A stretch of DNA of 64,000 nucleotides from an uncultured cyanobacterium. GTDB taxonomy: Bacteria; Cyanobacteriota; Cyanobacteriia; Cyanobacteriales; CAWCAG01. A program made the position numbers and the translations under genes. The stretch spans positions 320,001 through 384,000 of the forward strand of contig CAWDOD010000011.1 of the NCBI GenBank assembly GCA_963803805.1, given 5' to 3'. This document shows positions 20,927 through 32,818 of the stretch, piece after piece. The notes under the pieces are model-generated. The model saw only the letters and a list, made by a program, of their open reading frames with translations, searched no databases and was not told the DNA's origin. Position 1 is the stretch's first letter. Each line of letters begins with the position of its first letter.

Positions 20927-23900
20927 CTAGGGAGTTTTATAAACTGTAATCATCTCTAAAATCGCTTCATCTTGAAAAGTCTTAGCAAGTTTCTGTAATT
21001 TCTCTGCAAAAGGAGCAAACTTATAATCAACTTGCACCAAAGTTTTTGTTTGTTGAACAATACCCTTCATGTTCCCCTTCATGGCTAAATCGTAGATAAT
21101 ATTTAGTTGTTCTAACTCAGGTATCACTAAATCCTGAACTTGCTCAATATCTTTCTGTTTGTGTTGTTGTTCCTGATAAAGCCATTGCAAAGCAAGATGC
21201 TTTTGTATCTTATGGAGTAACTCACTCGCCTGCACCGGCTTAGGCAGAAAATCATCTCCACCCGCTTCATAACTCTTATATTGATCCGACTCAAACACAC
21301 TTGCTGAAGAAGCAATAATCTTCACACCTTGAAGTTGTTGTTGTTGACGCAACTGTCTCATCAACTCAAACCCATCTAAATTAGGCATCAACAGGTCAGT
21401 AATAATTAACTCCGGTTTCAACAAGAGTGCTTTTTCTAACCCTTGTTGACCATCTATAGCCTCACTCACCTCAAAACCAATGGGTTGCAACAAGCTCTTA
21501 ATCACCGAACGATTCTCCCACTTATCATCCACCACCAATACCTTCACTTCCCCTGCCGATTCGATACCAATAATTTGCCCCTGAGAGTCTGCTTGAGAAG
21601 CTTGCACCCATTCTGAAGCCGAAGGTAAACTTACATCAAAGTGGAAGATACTTCCTACTCCTTGTTCACTCTTCACTTCTAGAGTTGAACCCATCATCTC
21701 TACTATTTTCTGTGAGATAGCTAATCCTAATCCTGTACCTTCTGTTTGTCGTTTTCCTTCTCCTACTTGTTCAAAGGGTAAGAAGATTTGTTCGAGGTGT
21801 TCAGGATTCATGCCGATACCTGTATCCCTTATTTCAAAGCGAATTTTATCTACTGAAGCAAAACTAACTTGGAAAGTTACCCTACCTTTATTGGTGAACT
21901 TAATGGCGTTGTTAAGTAAGTTTAGTAATACTTGACGTAGACGCTTTTCATCGATGTAAACCGCTACTGGGAGTTCTGGGGTTGATTGGTAAAGGAAGTC
22001 AATGCCTTTAATTTCAGCACGAATACGACACATTTCCGCCACCCCTTGTAAGAAAGCGAGGAAATGGAAGTCAGTGGGGTTGAGTTCCATTTTCTGAGCT
22101 TCAATTTTGGAGATGTCGAGGATGTCATTGATGAGAGTGAGTAGGTGGGAACCACAGTTGTAGATGATTTCGATGCGGGATTGGTCGTCAGAAGTTATGT
22201 GGGTGGAGCGTTGTAGTACTTGAGCATAACCCATGATGCCGTTGAGGGGGGTACGGAGTTCATGGCTCATGTTGGCGAGGAATTCGCTTTTGGCGTGGTT
22301 GGCGGCTTCTGCTTTTTCTTTGGCTTTTTGTAGGGCTATTTCTGTTCGCTTGAGGCTAGTTATGTCTGTGACAACACACAATACCTGATCCATTTCGCCA
22401 CTCTTTGACAGTAGGGGTTTTTTAATAGTTTTATAGTATGATGTTTCTCCAGTTTCATCAGTGAAAGCTTCTTCTACTTCGCTGATTTGTCCAGAACTAA
22501 TGACTTGCTGATCTGTAGATAAATAGCTTTCTGCTTCATTGGTATTCGGGTGAAAATCAGCATCAGTTTTACCAATGAGCTTCTCTACTGTAGTTTTGTA
22601 CATCTGTGCTAAAGGCTGATTAGCGAGGATATACTTACCTTGTTGATCCTTAACAGCGATGAAGTTAGGAGCTGTATCAATAACATTGCGTAAGAATTCT
22701 TTCTGTTGAATCAGAGCAGTTTCTATTCGCTTGATATGGCTAATATTTGTGGAGACACCCAATACCTGACGAGTTTTGCCATCACTAGATACAAAGGGCT
22801 TTTTGATGCTTTGATAATATAAGACTTCTCCATTACGCAAAGTGACTGTTTCTTCTAGTGAAACCGTTTCTCCTGAGAGCATCACTTGACGGTCAGATTG
22901 TTGATACTGCTCTATTTCAAAAGTTTGAGAATTAAAATCAAAATCCGTTTTACCAACTATTTCTTCAGTAGTAGTTTGATAAAGGTCTGCTAAAGCTTGA
23001 TTGGCAAGAATGTATTTACCTTGCCAATCCTTGACAAAAATAACATTGGGGTCTGTATCAATAATCTTGCGTAAAAATTCCTTTTGCTCTTTCAGGGCAG
23101 CTTTTGAGCGCAGCAACTCTTCTTCTACTGTCTTGCGTTCTGTAATATCACGGGTAATAGTTCCCCAAGCTATACCTTCTCCTGTATCTGAATCTTTGAG
23201 AGCAAAGATGCTGTAATCCACAGGAATTGCTTTACCCGTTTGTAAATTCCGCAAGCGTAACTCTCCTCGCCAGTAACCTTTTTCCTGTGCTGTCGGTAAA
23301 ACTTCTTGAGTCACTTGCTCAATATCTTCAGGCCAGAAAAGGTCTAAGATGTGTTTAGAGCGAGCTTCTGCTAGGCTTTTAAAGCCTAGCATTTCTAAAC
23401 CGGCAGAATTAACAAATATTGGTTTTCCTTCTTGATCAGTAAAACCTGCCAGGTCAGAAGTATTCTCAATAACAGAGGCTAATTTCTGAAGCTCTTGTTC
23501 TGCTAGTTTGCGTTCAGTGATGTCGCTAGTCGTCCCCGTGGCCCCAATAATCTTACCTTGGGCATTTCGCAAGGGTACAGCATTTAATAAAGAATAAGCC
23601 TTACGACCATCCGTTGTTAGGTGACTAATTTCATGTTGAGTATAGGTTTTTCCCTGCAAAATATTAGCAAAAATTTCTTGATGTTCTTCTTTTTTGTCTG
23701 GAGGAATAAAATCTCTAAAAGAACGACCAATTAATTCTTGCGGTTTGCAGCCAAATGCCTTTTCGGCAACTTTATTTGAGAAAGTGTAGCGTCCTTCACG
23801 ATCTAAAGTCCAAATCTGATCTTGAGATGTTTCTACTACAGTACGATAATTTTGTTCATGCAGTTGTTGTTTTACTCTAATCCTGGCTAGCCAATAACAA

Positions 23901-24934
23901 ACAATTGCAATTATTACTACGACAACTCCATAAAATGTCACTAACCAGACAGAAGTTAGACCAGAACTGTAGTTTAGAACTTCAGGAGGTATATAAGTAA
24001 CAATCTTCCAACTATAGTCAGTTTCTCCTGAGCTAGTTTTGATTTGCTGATTTTTTTGCCAAGGGTTAACTGTAGCGAAAGTAAATAATCCTTCTTTAGT
24101 GTGAAGCTGTCCCTTTTGTTGAGTAGCTATTTTCCCCCAAGCTTGAGGGAAAGTTTTCTCAAAAGTACGTCCTTGATGAGAAGGGTACATAAAACCCCAT
24201 TCGTCTTCCGCTTTTAATCCTTTGAGCCAATAACCTTGATTATTAATTAAGAGTACTTTACCTAAAGAAGTATGATTTTTGACTTCTAAATTATCAAGAA
24301 ATTGTTGACCTGAATAGTTAAGGATCAGTAAACCTTGTTTGCGACCAGAATTATCAAATATAGGGGCAGCGAAGCGGATTACAGGCTTAATAGGTTTCTC
24401 AATTTCTCCCCATTCAATACTCAAATCAAGCTGAGAAATATAAATCTCTCCTGGCTTTAATTTAATGCTTTCTTGAAACCAATAACGCTCGGCTTTGTTT
24501 TGTAATTCATCTGGAGGTACGACCTCTAGTTGCAGTTGATTATGGTTGATTCTGATTATTTCTTGACCTGCGGTATCTAAAAAGCGAATTTGGTCATATA
24601 GTTCTTTATGCCGAGCAAAAGATAGATAAATTTTAATTAAGCTATTTGCTTGATTAGGATTAAGCGGCGATATAGACTGCAATTCATTTTGCTCTGCCAA
24701 AAACTTCAAGTCTGAGATAATCGCTTTAAAATCACTAGCAGCAATTTTCTCCTGTTGTCCTACACTACGAATTTCATTAAGTTCTATTTTTTGTTGTTGA
24801 AGTTTATGATTTCCTTGATAAATCAGACCAATAAATCCGCCGATTAAGAGAATTATGGGGACAAGAAGGGAAAGAAAATATTTCAGAGTCGCTATGTTGC
24901 TAACTTTATTTACCTGAAGAGAAGGATAGGACAT
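20927..24934 (-). CDS. Membrane hybrid sensor histidine kinase (TM, Cache-like, TM, 4 PAS, HisKA, HATPase, REC)
   Basis: Two TM segments around a periplasmic domain, four PAS/PAC units, [26 protein letters not shown]...DLLMP. Confidence 0.95.
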   Translation of the reverse strand: MSYPSLQVNKVSNIATLKYFLSLLVPIILLIGGFIGLIYQGNHKLQQQKIELNEIRSVGQQEKIAASDFKAIISDLKFLAEQNELQSISPLNPNQANSLIKIYLSFARHKELYDQIRFLDTAGQEIIRINHNQLQLEVVPPDELQNKAERYWFQESIKLKPGEIYISQLDLSIEWGEIEKPIKPVIRFAAPIFDNSGRKQGLLILNYSGQQFLDNLEVKNHTSLGKVLLINNQGYWLKGLKAEDEWGFMYPSHQGRTFEKTFPQAWGKIATQQKGQLHTKEGLFTFATVNPWQKNQQIKTSSGETDYSWKIVTYIPPEVLNYSSGLTSVWLVTFYGVVVVIIAIVCYWLARIRVKQQLHEQNYRTVVETSQDQIWTLDREGRYTFSNKVAEKAFGCKPQELIGRSFRDFIPPDKKEEHQEIFANILQGKTYTQHEISHLTTDGRKAYSLLNAVPLRNAQGKIIGATGTTSDITERKLAEQELQKLASVIENTSDLAGFTDQEGKPIFVNSAGLEMLGFKSLAEARSKHILDLFWPEDIEQVTQEVLPTAQEKGYWRGELRLRNLQTGKAIPVDYSIFALKDSDTGEGIAWGTITRDITERKTVEEELLRSKAALKEQKEFLRKIIDTDPNVIFVKDWQGKYILANQALADLYQTTTEEIVGKTDFDFNSQTFEIEQYQQSDRQVMLSGETVSLEETVTLRNGEVLYYQSIKKPFVSSDGKTRQVLGVSTNISHIKRIETALIQQKEFLRNVIDTAPNFIAVKDQQGKYILANQPLAQMYKTTVEKLIGKTDADFHPNTNEAESYLSTDQQVISSGQISEVEEAFTDETGETSYYKTIKKPLLSKSGEMDQVLCVVTDITSLKRTEIALQKAKEKAEAANHAKSEFLANMSHELRTPLNGIMGYAQVLQRSTHITSDDQSRIEIIYNCGSHLLTLINDILDISKIEAQKMELNPTDFHFLAFLQGVAEMCRIRAEIKGIDFLYQSTPELPVAVYIDEKRLRQVLLNLLNNAIKFTNKGRVTFQVSFASVDKIRFEIRDTGIGMNPEHLEQIFLPFEQVGEGKRQTEGTGLGLAISQKIVEMMGSTLEVKSEQGVGSIFHFDVSLPSASEWVQASQADSQGQIIGIESAGEVKVLVVDDKWENRSVIKSLLQPIGFEVSEAIDGQQGLEKALLLKPELIITDLLMPNLDGFELMRQLRQQQQLQGVKIIASSASVFESDQYKSYEAGGDDFLPKPVQASELLHKIQKHLALQWLYQEQQHKQKDIEQVQDLVIPELEQLNIIYDLAMKGNMKGIVQQTKTLVQVDYKFAPFAEKLQKLAKTFQDEAILEMITVYKTP
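20960..22369. repeat. Copy 1 of a ~1.41-kb near-identical direct repeat (kinase plus receiver module)
   Basis: Matches 25123-26532 at offset 4163; one mismatch seen by eye (21446 T vs 25609 C). Confidence 0.93.
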
Positions 24935-25092
24935 GAGCCAACAAAACTATAGCGTGATGTATATACTGATTCTTCTACTATATTCAAATATAAATGTTTA
25001 CGCTTATGTATATTTTCGTGTTCTTTTTGCGAAGAAAGAGTTAATTAATCCGTAGAAACCAACGTGGTTTTATACTCGAAGAAAATAAAATA

Positions 25093-28000
25093 TTAACTTC
25101 TATATTGGAAAAGAAAACTAACAATCGCTTCATCTTGAAAAGTCTTAGCAAGTTTCTGTAATTTCTCTGCAAAAGGAGCAAACTTATAATCAACTTGCAC
25201 CAAAGTTTTTGTTTGTTGAACAATACCCTTCATGTTCCCCTTCATGGCTAAATCGTAGATAATATTTAGTTGTTCTAACTCAGGTATCACTAAATCCTGA
25301 ACTTGCTCAATATCTTTCTGTTTGTGTTGTTGTTCCTGATAAAGCCATTGCAAAGCAAGATGCTTTTGTATCTTATGGAGTAACTCACTCGCCTGCACCG
25401 GCTTAGGCAGAAAATCATCTCCACCCGCTTCATAACTCTTATATTGATCCGACTCAAACACACTTGCTGAAGAAGCAATAATCTTCACACCTTGAAGTTG
25501 TTGTTGTTGACGCAACTGTCTCATCAACTCAAACCCATCTAAATTAGGCATCAACAGGTCAGTAATAATTAACTCCGGTTTCAACAAGAGTGCTTTTTCT
25601 AACCCTTGCTGACCATCTATAGCCTCACTCACCTCAAAACCAATGGGTTGCAACAAGCTCTTAATCACCGAACGATTCTCCCACTTATCATCCACCACCA
25701 ATACCTTCACTTCCCCTGCCGATTCGATACCAATAATTTGCCCCTGAGAGTCTGCTTGAGAAGCTTGCACCCATTCTGAAGCCGAAGGTAAACTTACATC
25801 AAAGTGGAAGATACTTCCTACTCCTTGTTCACTCTTCACTTCTAGAGTTGAACCCATCATCTCTACTATTTTCTGTGAGATAGCTAATCCTAATCCTGTA
25901 CCTTCTGTTTGTCGTTTTCCTTCTCCTACTTGTTCAAAGGGTAAGAAGATTTGTTCGAGGTGTTCAGGATTCATGCCGATACCTGTATCCCTTATTTCAA
26001 AGCGAATTTTATCTACTGAAGCAAAACTAACTTGGAAAGTTACCCTACCTTTATTGGTGAACTTAATGGCGTTGTTAAGTAAGTTTAGTAATACTTGACG
26101 TAGACGCTTTTCATCGATGTAAACCGCTACTGGGAGTTCTGGGGTTGATTGGTAAAGGAAGTCAATGCCTTTAATTTCAGCACGAATACGACACATTTCC
26201 GCCACCCCTTGTAAGAAAGCGAGGAAATGGAAGTCAGTGGGGTTGAGTTCCATTTTCTGAGCTTCAATTTTGGAGATGTCGAGGATGTCATTGATGAGAG
26301 TGAGTAGGTGGGAACCACAGTTGTAGATGATTTCGATGCGGGATTGGTCGTCAGAAGTTATGTGGGTGGAGCGTTGTAGTACTTGAGCATAACCCATGAT
26401 GCCGTTGAGGGGGGTACGGAGTTCATGGCTCATGTTGGCGAGGAATTCGCTTTTGGCGTGGTTGGCGGCTTCTGCTTTTTCTTTGGCTTTTTGTAGGGCT
26501 ATTTCTGTTCGCTTGAGGCTAGTTATGTCTGTAGCAACACACAATACCTGATAAGTTTTGTCATCCCCAGATAGCAAAGGCTTTTTGGTACTCTGATAAT
26601 ATAAGACTTCTCCATTAGGCAAAGTTACTGTTTCTTCTAATATGAGTGTTTCTCTTGAGAGAATCACTTTGCGGTCGGCTTCTTGATACTTTTCTACTTC
26701 AGCTAAGTTAGAATTATAAGCTAGTTCAGTTTTGCCAATTAAGTCCTCAACAGTAGTTTGGTATATATCTGCTAGAGCTTGGTTAGCTAATGTAAATTTG
26801 CCCTCTTTGTCTTTGACAAAAATGACATTGGGGTCAGTATCAATAACGCTGCGTAAAAACTTCTTTTGCTCTCTCAATGCAGTTTCTACTTTTTTAATAG
26901 GAGTAATGTTGGTGGAGACACCTAATACCTGGCGAGTTCCACCGTTACGGGAAATCAAAGGTTTCTTGATAGTTTGTAAATAAATTAACTCTCCAGTAAC
27001 CTTGGTAAGAGTTTCTTCAAAAAGTTGCGATTCTCCAGAGGTCATTACCTGGCAATCTGCCCATAAGTAACTTTCTACTTCCAGGGTATTGGGGTTAAAA
27101 TCAGCATCACTTTTACCAACCATTTCTTCAGTAGTAGTTTGATAAAGTTCTGCTAAAGTTTGATTGGCAAGAATGTATTTACCTTCCCAATCCTTAACAA
27201 AAATAAGATTGGGGTCTGTATCAATAATCTTACTTAAAAACTCCTTTTGCTCCCTTAAAGCAGCTTCTGAATGTCGCAAGGCTTCCTCTGCTTGCTTACG
27301 TTCAGTTATATCTTCAGAAAAACAGAGCAAGTATTCTGGTTCACCATTTTCGTCATAGGTAGGTATCTTAACTGTATGAAGAATCCTTTCACCTAATCTG
27401 CGACTATGGGTAATTTCTTCGGGAATATCTATAATTTTGCGGTTCTTAAAAGCTTCTTTGTCAGTTTGAAAAAAGAAGTCAGCTTTTTCTTGAGAAAAAA
27501 GCTCATGGGCAGTTTTTCCTAGTACTTCCTCTGCTGCTAAATCAAAAAGTAATTCGCTGGTTTTATTCCAAAGTTTAATTTGAGAAAATTTCTCTTGATG
27601 TCCATCTTTGACAAATACAGCTACTGGTAAGTAATCAATCATTGCTTGGAGAAAATTACGAGCTTGACGCAACTCTTCTTCTGCTTTTTTGCGCTCTGTA
27701 ATATCGCGGGTAATGCTTCCCCAAGCTATAGCTTCTCCTGTATCTGAATCTTTAAGAGCAAAGATGCTGTAATCTACAGGAATTACTTCCCCTGTTTGGA
27801 AATGTCGGAAGCGCAACTCTCCTCGCCAGCAACCTTTTTCCTGTGCAGTCGGTAAAATCTCTTGAGTTACTCGGTCTACATCTTCAGGCCAAACATAGTC
27901 TAAGATGTGATTAGAGCGAGCTTCTGCTAAGCTATTTAAGCCAACCATTTTTAAAGCCGCAGGATTAGCAAATAAAGCTTTTCCTTCTTGATCAGCGATT

Positions 28001-29538
28001 CCTACAAAATCAGAAGTATTTTCTACAATAGAGGCCAATCTCCGAAGCTCTTGTTCTGCTAGTTTGCTTTCGGTGATGTCGTTGGTTGTACCTGTAACTC
28101 CGATAATCTTGCCCTGAGCATCTCGAATTGGTGCAGCGTTGATTAATAGATAAATCCTATTACCATCTGCCGTTAAACTGCTAATTTCATATTGACTATA
28201 AGATTTTCCTTGCAAAACATTAGCAAAAACTTCTTGATATTCTGCTTGTTTTTCTTTTGGGGTAAAATCTTTAAAAGAGCGACCAATTAATGTTTGGGGT
28301 TTACAGCCTAGGGCTTTTTCAGCAGCTTGATTTACGAAGGTATAGCGCCCTTGGGTATCAAAAGACCAAATCAAGTTTTGGGATGTTTCTACCACATTGC
28401 GATAATTTCGTTCGCTTTCTTGGAGTTGTTTTTCTACTAGCTTCTCTTTAACTTTAGTTTTAGCTAACCAAGCACAACCTATAGCTATTAAAACTACTGC
28501 TCCTCCATAAAATCCTACTAGCCAAACCAAGATTATCGTTGATTTCTGATTAAGGACTTCCGGAGGAACATAGGTGACAATCTTCCAGCTATGATCAGTT
28601 TCGGGTGAACTAATATTAATTCTCTGTTTTTGCTGCTGGGGTTGAATAGTGGTGACAGTAAATAATCCTTCTTTTGTTTGGAACTGTCCTTCTTTTACCC
28701 CAGCTATTTGCGCCCAAGCTTGAGGGAAAGTTTTCTCAAAAGTAAGCCTTTGACGCTCAGGATAAATAAAACCCCATTCATCTTCTGCTTTTAATCCTTT
28801 GAGCCAATAACCTTGATTATTGATTAAGAGTACTTTACCTAAAGAAGTATGGTTTTTAACTGCTAAATCATCAATAATTCTTTGCCCTGAATAGTTAAGA
28901 ATAACTAAACCTTGTTTACGCCCAGAATCATCAAACACAGGGGTAGCGAAGCGAACTACAGGCTTGATAGGTTGCTCGACTTGCCCCCATTCCATATTCA
29001 AATCAAGTTTAGATACATAAATCTCTCTTGGCTTGAATTCTTTGCTTTCTTGAAACCAATAGCTTCCTATTTTATTTTGCAGTTGTTTTTGAGGTACTCT
29101 AACTGCTTTACCTCTTTTTTGATTATATTCAACTCTAAAAACTTCTTGACCTGTATTATCAAGAAGACGAACTTGGTGATAATTTTTTTTAGCTTCAGCA
29201 AAAGAAATATACTCTTGAGCAAATGCAACAGAAATTTTTTCTATTTCTTGCGGTGAGAGATTATCTCTGTCTAAAATTAAACTTAATTCTTCATGGTCTA
29301 CTAAATGTAATAAATCTGAGGTAATGACTTCAAAATTACCAGCAGCGATTTTTTCTTGCTGCTCCACATTACGTAATTCATTAAGCTCAATTTCTTTTCT
29401 GTCTAATTTAACTTCTCCTTGGTAAAATAAAATTAAGAAACCTCCAACGATCAAAGTTAGAGGTACAAACAGAAGTAAAAAATATCTTAGTACGGCTATT
29501 TTGCTGATTTTAAGTACTTGGGAAGAAGGTTGAAACAT
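25093..29538 (-). CDS. Membrane hybrid sensor histidine kinase paralog (TM, Cache-like, TM, 5 PAS, HisKA, HATPase, REC)
   Basis: Same architecture as its neighbour with one more PAS domain; about 470 aa of the C-terminal module are identical. Confidence 0.95.
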   Translation of the reverse strand: MFQPSSQVLKISKIAVLRYFLLLFVPLTLIVGGFLILFYQGEVKLDRKEIELNELRNVEQQEKIAAGNFEVITSDLLHLVDHEELSLILDRDNLSPQEIEKISVAFAQEYISFAEAKKNYHQVRLLDNTGQEVFRVEYNQKRGKAVRVPQKQLQNKIGSYWFQESKEFKPREIYVSKLDLNMEWGQVEQPIKPVVRFATPVFDDSGRKQGLVILNYSGQRIIDDLAVKNHTSLGKVLLINNQGYWLKGLKAEDEWGFIYPERQRLTFEKTFPQAWAQIAGVKEGQFQTKEGLFTVTTIQPQQQKQRINISSPETDHSWKIVTYVPPEVLNQKSTIILVWLVGFYGGAVVLIAIGCAWLAKTKVKEKLVEKQLQESERNYRNVVETSQNLIWSFDTQGRYTFVNQAAEKALGCKPQTLIGRSFKDFTPKEKQAEYQEVFANVLQGKSYSQYEISSLTADGNRIYLLINAAPIRDAQGKIIGVTGTTNDITESKLAEQELRRLASIVENTSDFVGIADQEGKALFANPAALKMVGLNSLAEARSNHILDYVWPEDVDRVTQEILPTAQEKGCWRGELRFRHFQTGEVIPVDYSIFALKDSDTGEAIAWGSITRDITERKKAEEELRQARNFLQAMIDYLPVAVFVKDGHQEKFSQIKLWNKTSELLFDLAAEEVLGKTAHELFSQEKADFFFQTDKEAFKNRKIIDIPEEITHSRRLGERILHTVKIPTYDENGEPEYLLCFSEDITERKQAEEALRHSEAALREQKEFLSKIIDTDPNLIFVKDWEGKYILANQTLAELYQTTTEEMVGKSDADFNPNTLEVESYLWADCQVMTSGESQLFEETLTKVTGELIYLQTIKKPLISRNGGTRQVLGVSTNITPIKKVETALREQKKFLRSVIDTDPNVIFVKDKEGKFTLANQALADIYQTTVEDLIGKTELAYNSNLAEVEKYQEADRKVILSRETLILEETVTLPNGEVLYYQSTKKPLLSGDDKTYQVLCVATDITSLKRTEIALQKAKEKAEAANHAKSEFLANMSHELRTPLNGIMGYAQVLQRSTHITSDDQSRIEIIYNCGSHLLTLINDILDISKIEAQKMELNPTDFHFLAFLQGVAEMCRIRAEIKGIDFLYQSTPELPVAVYIDEKRLRQVLLNLLNNAIKFTNKGRVTFQVSFASVDKIRFEIRDTGIGMNPEHLEQIFLPFEQVGEGKRQTEGTGLGLAISQKIVEMMGSTLEVKSEQGVGSIFHFDVSLPSASEWVQASQADSQGQIIGIESAGEVKVLVVDDKWENRSVIKSLLQPIGFEVSEAIDGQQGLEKALLLKPELIITDLLMPNLDGFELMRQLRQQQQLQGVKIIASSASVFESDQYKSYEAGGDDFLPKPVQASELLHKIQKHLALQWLYQEQQHKQKDIEQVQDLVIPELEQLNIIYDLAMKGNMKGIVQQTKTLVQVDYKFAPFAEKLQKLAKTFQDEAIVSFLFQYRS
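25123..26532. repeat. Copy 2 of the ~1.41-kb near-identical direct repeat
   Basis: Matches copy 1; identical shadow ORFs recur in the ORF track at offset 4163. Confidence 0.93.
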
Positions 29539-29759
29539 GAAGCAGCTAACTGAGAAAGTCGATTACTACTTTCATCATAGTTACTTACAAATATTTGCGT
29601 TTATGTATATTTTAGTGTTTGTTTTGAAAGAATAGGACTTATAGGAACTGAGGAAAGCAAAGCACAATTTTAATTCAAAAAAGAAAAGAAAAATATACTT
29701 TTTTGTTGGAAACCTACCCTTATGAAATTCTCTAATTCCCTTAGTTGTTTTTTTAATTT

Positions 29760-30358
29760 TTAATTTTTAGTTTTTAATTTCCCTTGACAAGGACGGAAAG
29801 ATTGTCTGTGTTCAACAGAAGCACCGTATTTTTGTAAGGCTAAGCGATGCTGCTTTGTGGGATAGCCTTTATGGGTTTCTAAGCCATATTCTGCATATTG
29901 TGGAGCAAGGTTTGTAATTAGGCGATCGCGCCATACCTTAGCCAAAATACTCGCTGCAGCAATAGCGATGGAATGGCGATCGCCTTTAATTATGGTTTTC
30001 TGAGGTAGTTCTAACCCAGGAATTTTATATCTGCCATCAATTAAGCAGAGTTCTGGGGTTATTGTAAGTTGATTTACCGCCCTTTTCATGGCTAGTAAGG
30101 AGGCTTGTAGGATATTGATACTGTCAATTTCTTGAGCTGTAGCAGAGCCGATTTGATAATCTAGAGCTAATTTTTGAATTTTAATAACTAACTCAGAACG
30201 TCTTTTCGCCGATAGCTGCTTGCTATCTTTCACTCCTAATGCTGCCAATTCTACCAGAATAGAAGGAGAAGTGACCACAACTGCGGCCACTACAGGGCCA
30301 AATAAGGCCCTCTTCCCACTTCGTCTACCCCAGCGACTAATTGATGATTATTAGTCAT
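29760..30358 (-). pseudogene. rnhB: Ribonuclease HII, frameshifted near 30308-30310 (true lesion or sequencing error)
   Basis: ATG 30358 gives MTNNHQLVAGVDEVGRG, then loses frame. Adding one G to AGAGGGCC restores ALFGPVVAA, followed by DSK, IDG, IKGD, AASILAKVWRD and HKGYPT. Total 599 nt, one short of 200 codons. Confidence 0.88.
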
Positions 30359-30373
30359 TAATCAAGATGATAA

Positions 30374-32326
30374 TCACTCAGAAGAATCAGCAATAACCGC
30401 AGAAGAACGACGACGGCGACGGCGAATAACTGGACGATCATTATTTTCTACTTCTGATTCTTCTTTGCTATTACTATTTTCACCATTATTCTGATTAACC
30501 TCTACTATTGTCTGCTCTTCTGAAGTATCTGTGGTTACTACACTTTCCTCTTCCACATCATCTAATTCTTCAGTCTCTTGTTCTACTTCCCCTGGAAGCT
30601 TAACAGAAACAATTAAAGGCTTAGAATCTTTGCCGTCACGATCTAGACGAACTTTAGGAGAAATACCCATCAAAGCATACATATTCTGTTCTAGTTCGCT
30701 CATTTCTACCAAAACTTCCTCTGGCGGTTCTTCATCTCGTCGGGAAATTCGATTGATTTGTGGTCTTTCGATTCTATCTGAGGCACTATCATACCCTGTT
30801 TCTAAATCCGATTTAGGATCTTTTAAGGAAATGGTACGTTTAACTTTAGGAGGGGTTTCCTCTTTACCTAAAGCATCGTTAAGACGGCGACTGGTGCGAC
30901 GACGACGGCGATTGTTGTTGGCAGTATTTTGTTCTTGATAGCTAGGATGATTGAGGAGATCGATATCTTGCTCTTCTTCTTCGTTAGCTAAGTCAAAAAG
31001 TGCTTCTATTTCTTCTGAGCGATTCTCTACTGGCTTGATAGTATTAACAGTAACTACCGGAGTAATTACATCAGGAATTTGTTGTTGGGTTTCTCCAGGA
31101 AGTTTGACTAAATGTCCCATACCACTACAGGTAGGGCAAGTTTCACCAAACAATTCATAGATGTTTTTGCCTTGGCGTTTGCGGGTTAATTCCACTAAGC
31201 CTAGTTCCGAAAGTTGAGCAATTTGTGGTCTAGCTTTATCGGCTTTTAAGGTGTTGTTAAAATGTTCTAACAGTTTAAGCTGATCACGGCGAGAGTCCAT
31301 ATCGATGAAGTCTACGATAATGACACCGCCAATATTTCTGAGGAGTAGTTGGTGAGCGATTTCTGTGGCGGCTTCGCAGTTAGTCCAAAGGACTGTCTCT
31401 CTAGAAGTAGCAGAACGAGTAAATGAACCGGAGTTAACATCTATTACCGTAAGGGCTTCTGTTGGTTCGATGATGACGTAACCGCCAGAAGGCAAGTCTA
31501 CTCTAGGTTTCAGGGCTTCTCTAATGGCAGCGTTAACCCGGAAGTATTCTAAAATGGGTAGGCGTTCTTGATGGTGATCAATTAGTACTCCTTCAGGAGC
31601 CTTACCGCCACTCCAATTCATCAATTGCTGCTTGACTCGCTTTAAACCAGTGTGAGAGTCAACTACGATGCGGTTAACGTCCGCTGTATAAATGTCCCGT
31701 AAAACCCTTTGAATGAAGTCGTCATCACGATTTAACAGGGCAGGAGGACGGGTGGAGTTGGCTTGTTGCTGAGTAACTTCCCACTGAGTTTGGAGAGATT
31801 CCAAATCTTCCATGATAGTTTCTTCATCTTTGCCTTCGGCTTCTGTTCTTACCAATAAGCCCATACCAGCAGGTTTGATTAAGACAGCTAATGCCCTTAA
31901 GCGACTGCGTTCCCCTTCGTTTTTGATTCTTCGGGATAAGTTAACTCCTTTACCATAAGGCATTAAAACCAGGTAGCGACCAGGTAAAGAGATATTCCCT
32001 GTTAAACGGGGGCCTTTGTTTCCCGTTGGTTCTTTCATTACCTGTACTAGCACTTTTTGTTGAGGTGCAAGTAAGTCGGTTATTGTACCAGCACTTCTTC
32101 TCAAGCGTAACGGGCCTAAATCTGTCACATGAATAAAGCCATTACGCTCGGCATCACCAATGTTGATAAAGGCCGCATCTATCCCTTGGATGACATTTTC
32201 AACAATACCCAGATAAATATCACTAACTTGTTGTTTGCCCGTAGCAACCACAAGCTCTTGAATTTGATCCTCCCAAAAAACTGCAGCAACTTGATGTTGC
32301 TCAGCGATAATTATTTGCTTTGGCAT
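30374..32326 (-). CDS. rne: Ribonuclease E (Rne/Rng family)
   Basis: S1 domain, DVNSGS, VDFIDM, CPTCSG; cyanobacterial Arg-rich C-terminal motifs (RRRRRRSSA). Confidence 0.97.
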   Translation of the reverse strand: MPKQIIIAEQHQVAAVFWEDQIQELVVATGKQQVSDIYLGIVENVIQGIDAAFINIGDAERNGFIHVTDLGPLRLRRSAGTITDLLAPQQKVLVQVMKEPTGNKGPRLTGNISLPGRYLVLMPYGKGVNLSRRIKNEGERSRLRALAVLIKPAGMGLLVRTEAEGKDEETIMEDLESLQTQWEVTQQQANSTRPPALLNRDDDFIQRVLRDIYTADVNRIVVDSHTGLKRVKQQLMNWSGGKAPEGVLIDHHQERLPILEYFRVNAAIREALKPRVDLPSGGYVIIEPTEALTVIDVNSGSFTRSATSRETVLWTNCEAATEIAHQLLLRNIGGVIIVDFIDMDSRRDQLKLLEHFNNTLKADKARPQIAQLSELGLVELTRKRQGKNIYELFGETCPTCSGMGHLVKLPGETQQQIPDVITPVVTVNTIKPVENRSEEIEALFDLANEEEEQDIDLLNHPSYQEQNTANNNRRRRRTSRRLNDALGKEETPPKVKRTISLKDPKSDLETGYDSASDRIERPQINRISRRDEEPPEEVLVEMSELEQNMYALMGISPKVRLDRDGKDSKPLIVSVKLPGEVEQETEELDDVEEESVVTTDTSEEQTIVEVNQNNGENSNSKEESEVENNDRPVIRRRRRRSSAVIADSSE

Positions 32327-32818
32327 TCAATTTCCTCAAAACTTTTCGCAGGTTGAAAACACTTGATACACTGCGTCATTCAACTCGACTATTTAAAAAA
32401 CTGTGCGAACAAATGGAGCTAGTTTCTCTCTAGAGATTGAAACGGAAAAATCCCTATAGTTACCGAAAGGAGACTCACCACAATTAGTAATTGAGCTGAT
32501 TCAGGTTTATTGAGCAGCTTGATTAGCTGCTTTAAGGAACCAGCTTGGTAAGTGGTAGTCAGTAAGTTTGGACATACAACTTAGTATTTAGCACCAACAC
32601 ACCTAGATACAGAAAGCTGATGGGCTTTGACTATCTGCTATTGGTTTTGATGCCGATACTTTACGCCTTTAACGGCAAGTTAAAGGAGGTTTAATCCGTA
32701 ATTGTTCCTCATGGTTATTATACATTAGTTAAGCTGCTTTGGTTCAGTTAAAAGCCAAAAGTTAGAAGTTGTTGGCAAAGCTTTAAAGGCAACAGTGAAT
32801 TTTCTTCCCATTTCCTCA

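Noticed and set aside
20960-26532. DGR template/variable repeat pair or IS-flanked element
   Set aside because: Repeat is far too long, shows no adenine-specific variation, and no reverse transcriptase or transposase is present.
30531-31160. Ser-rich plus-strand ORFs
   Set aside because: Antisense shadows of the Glu-rich RNase E C-terminus.
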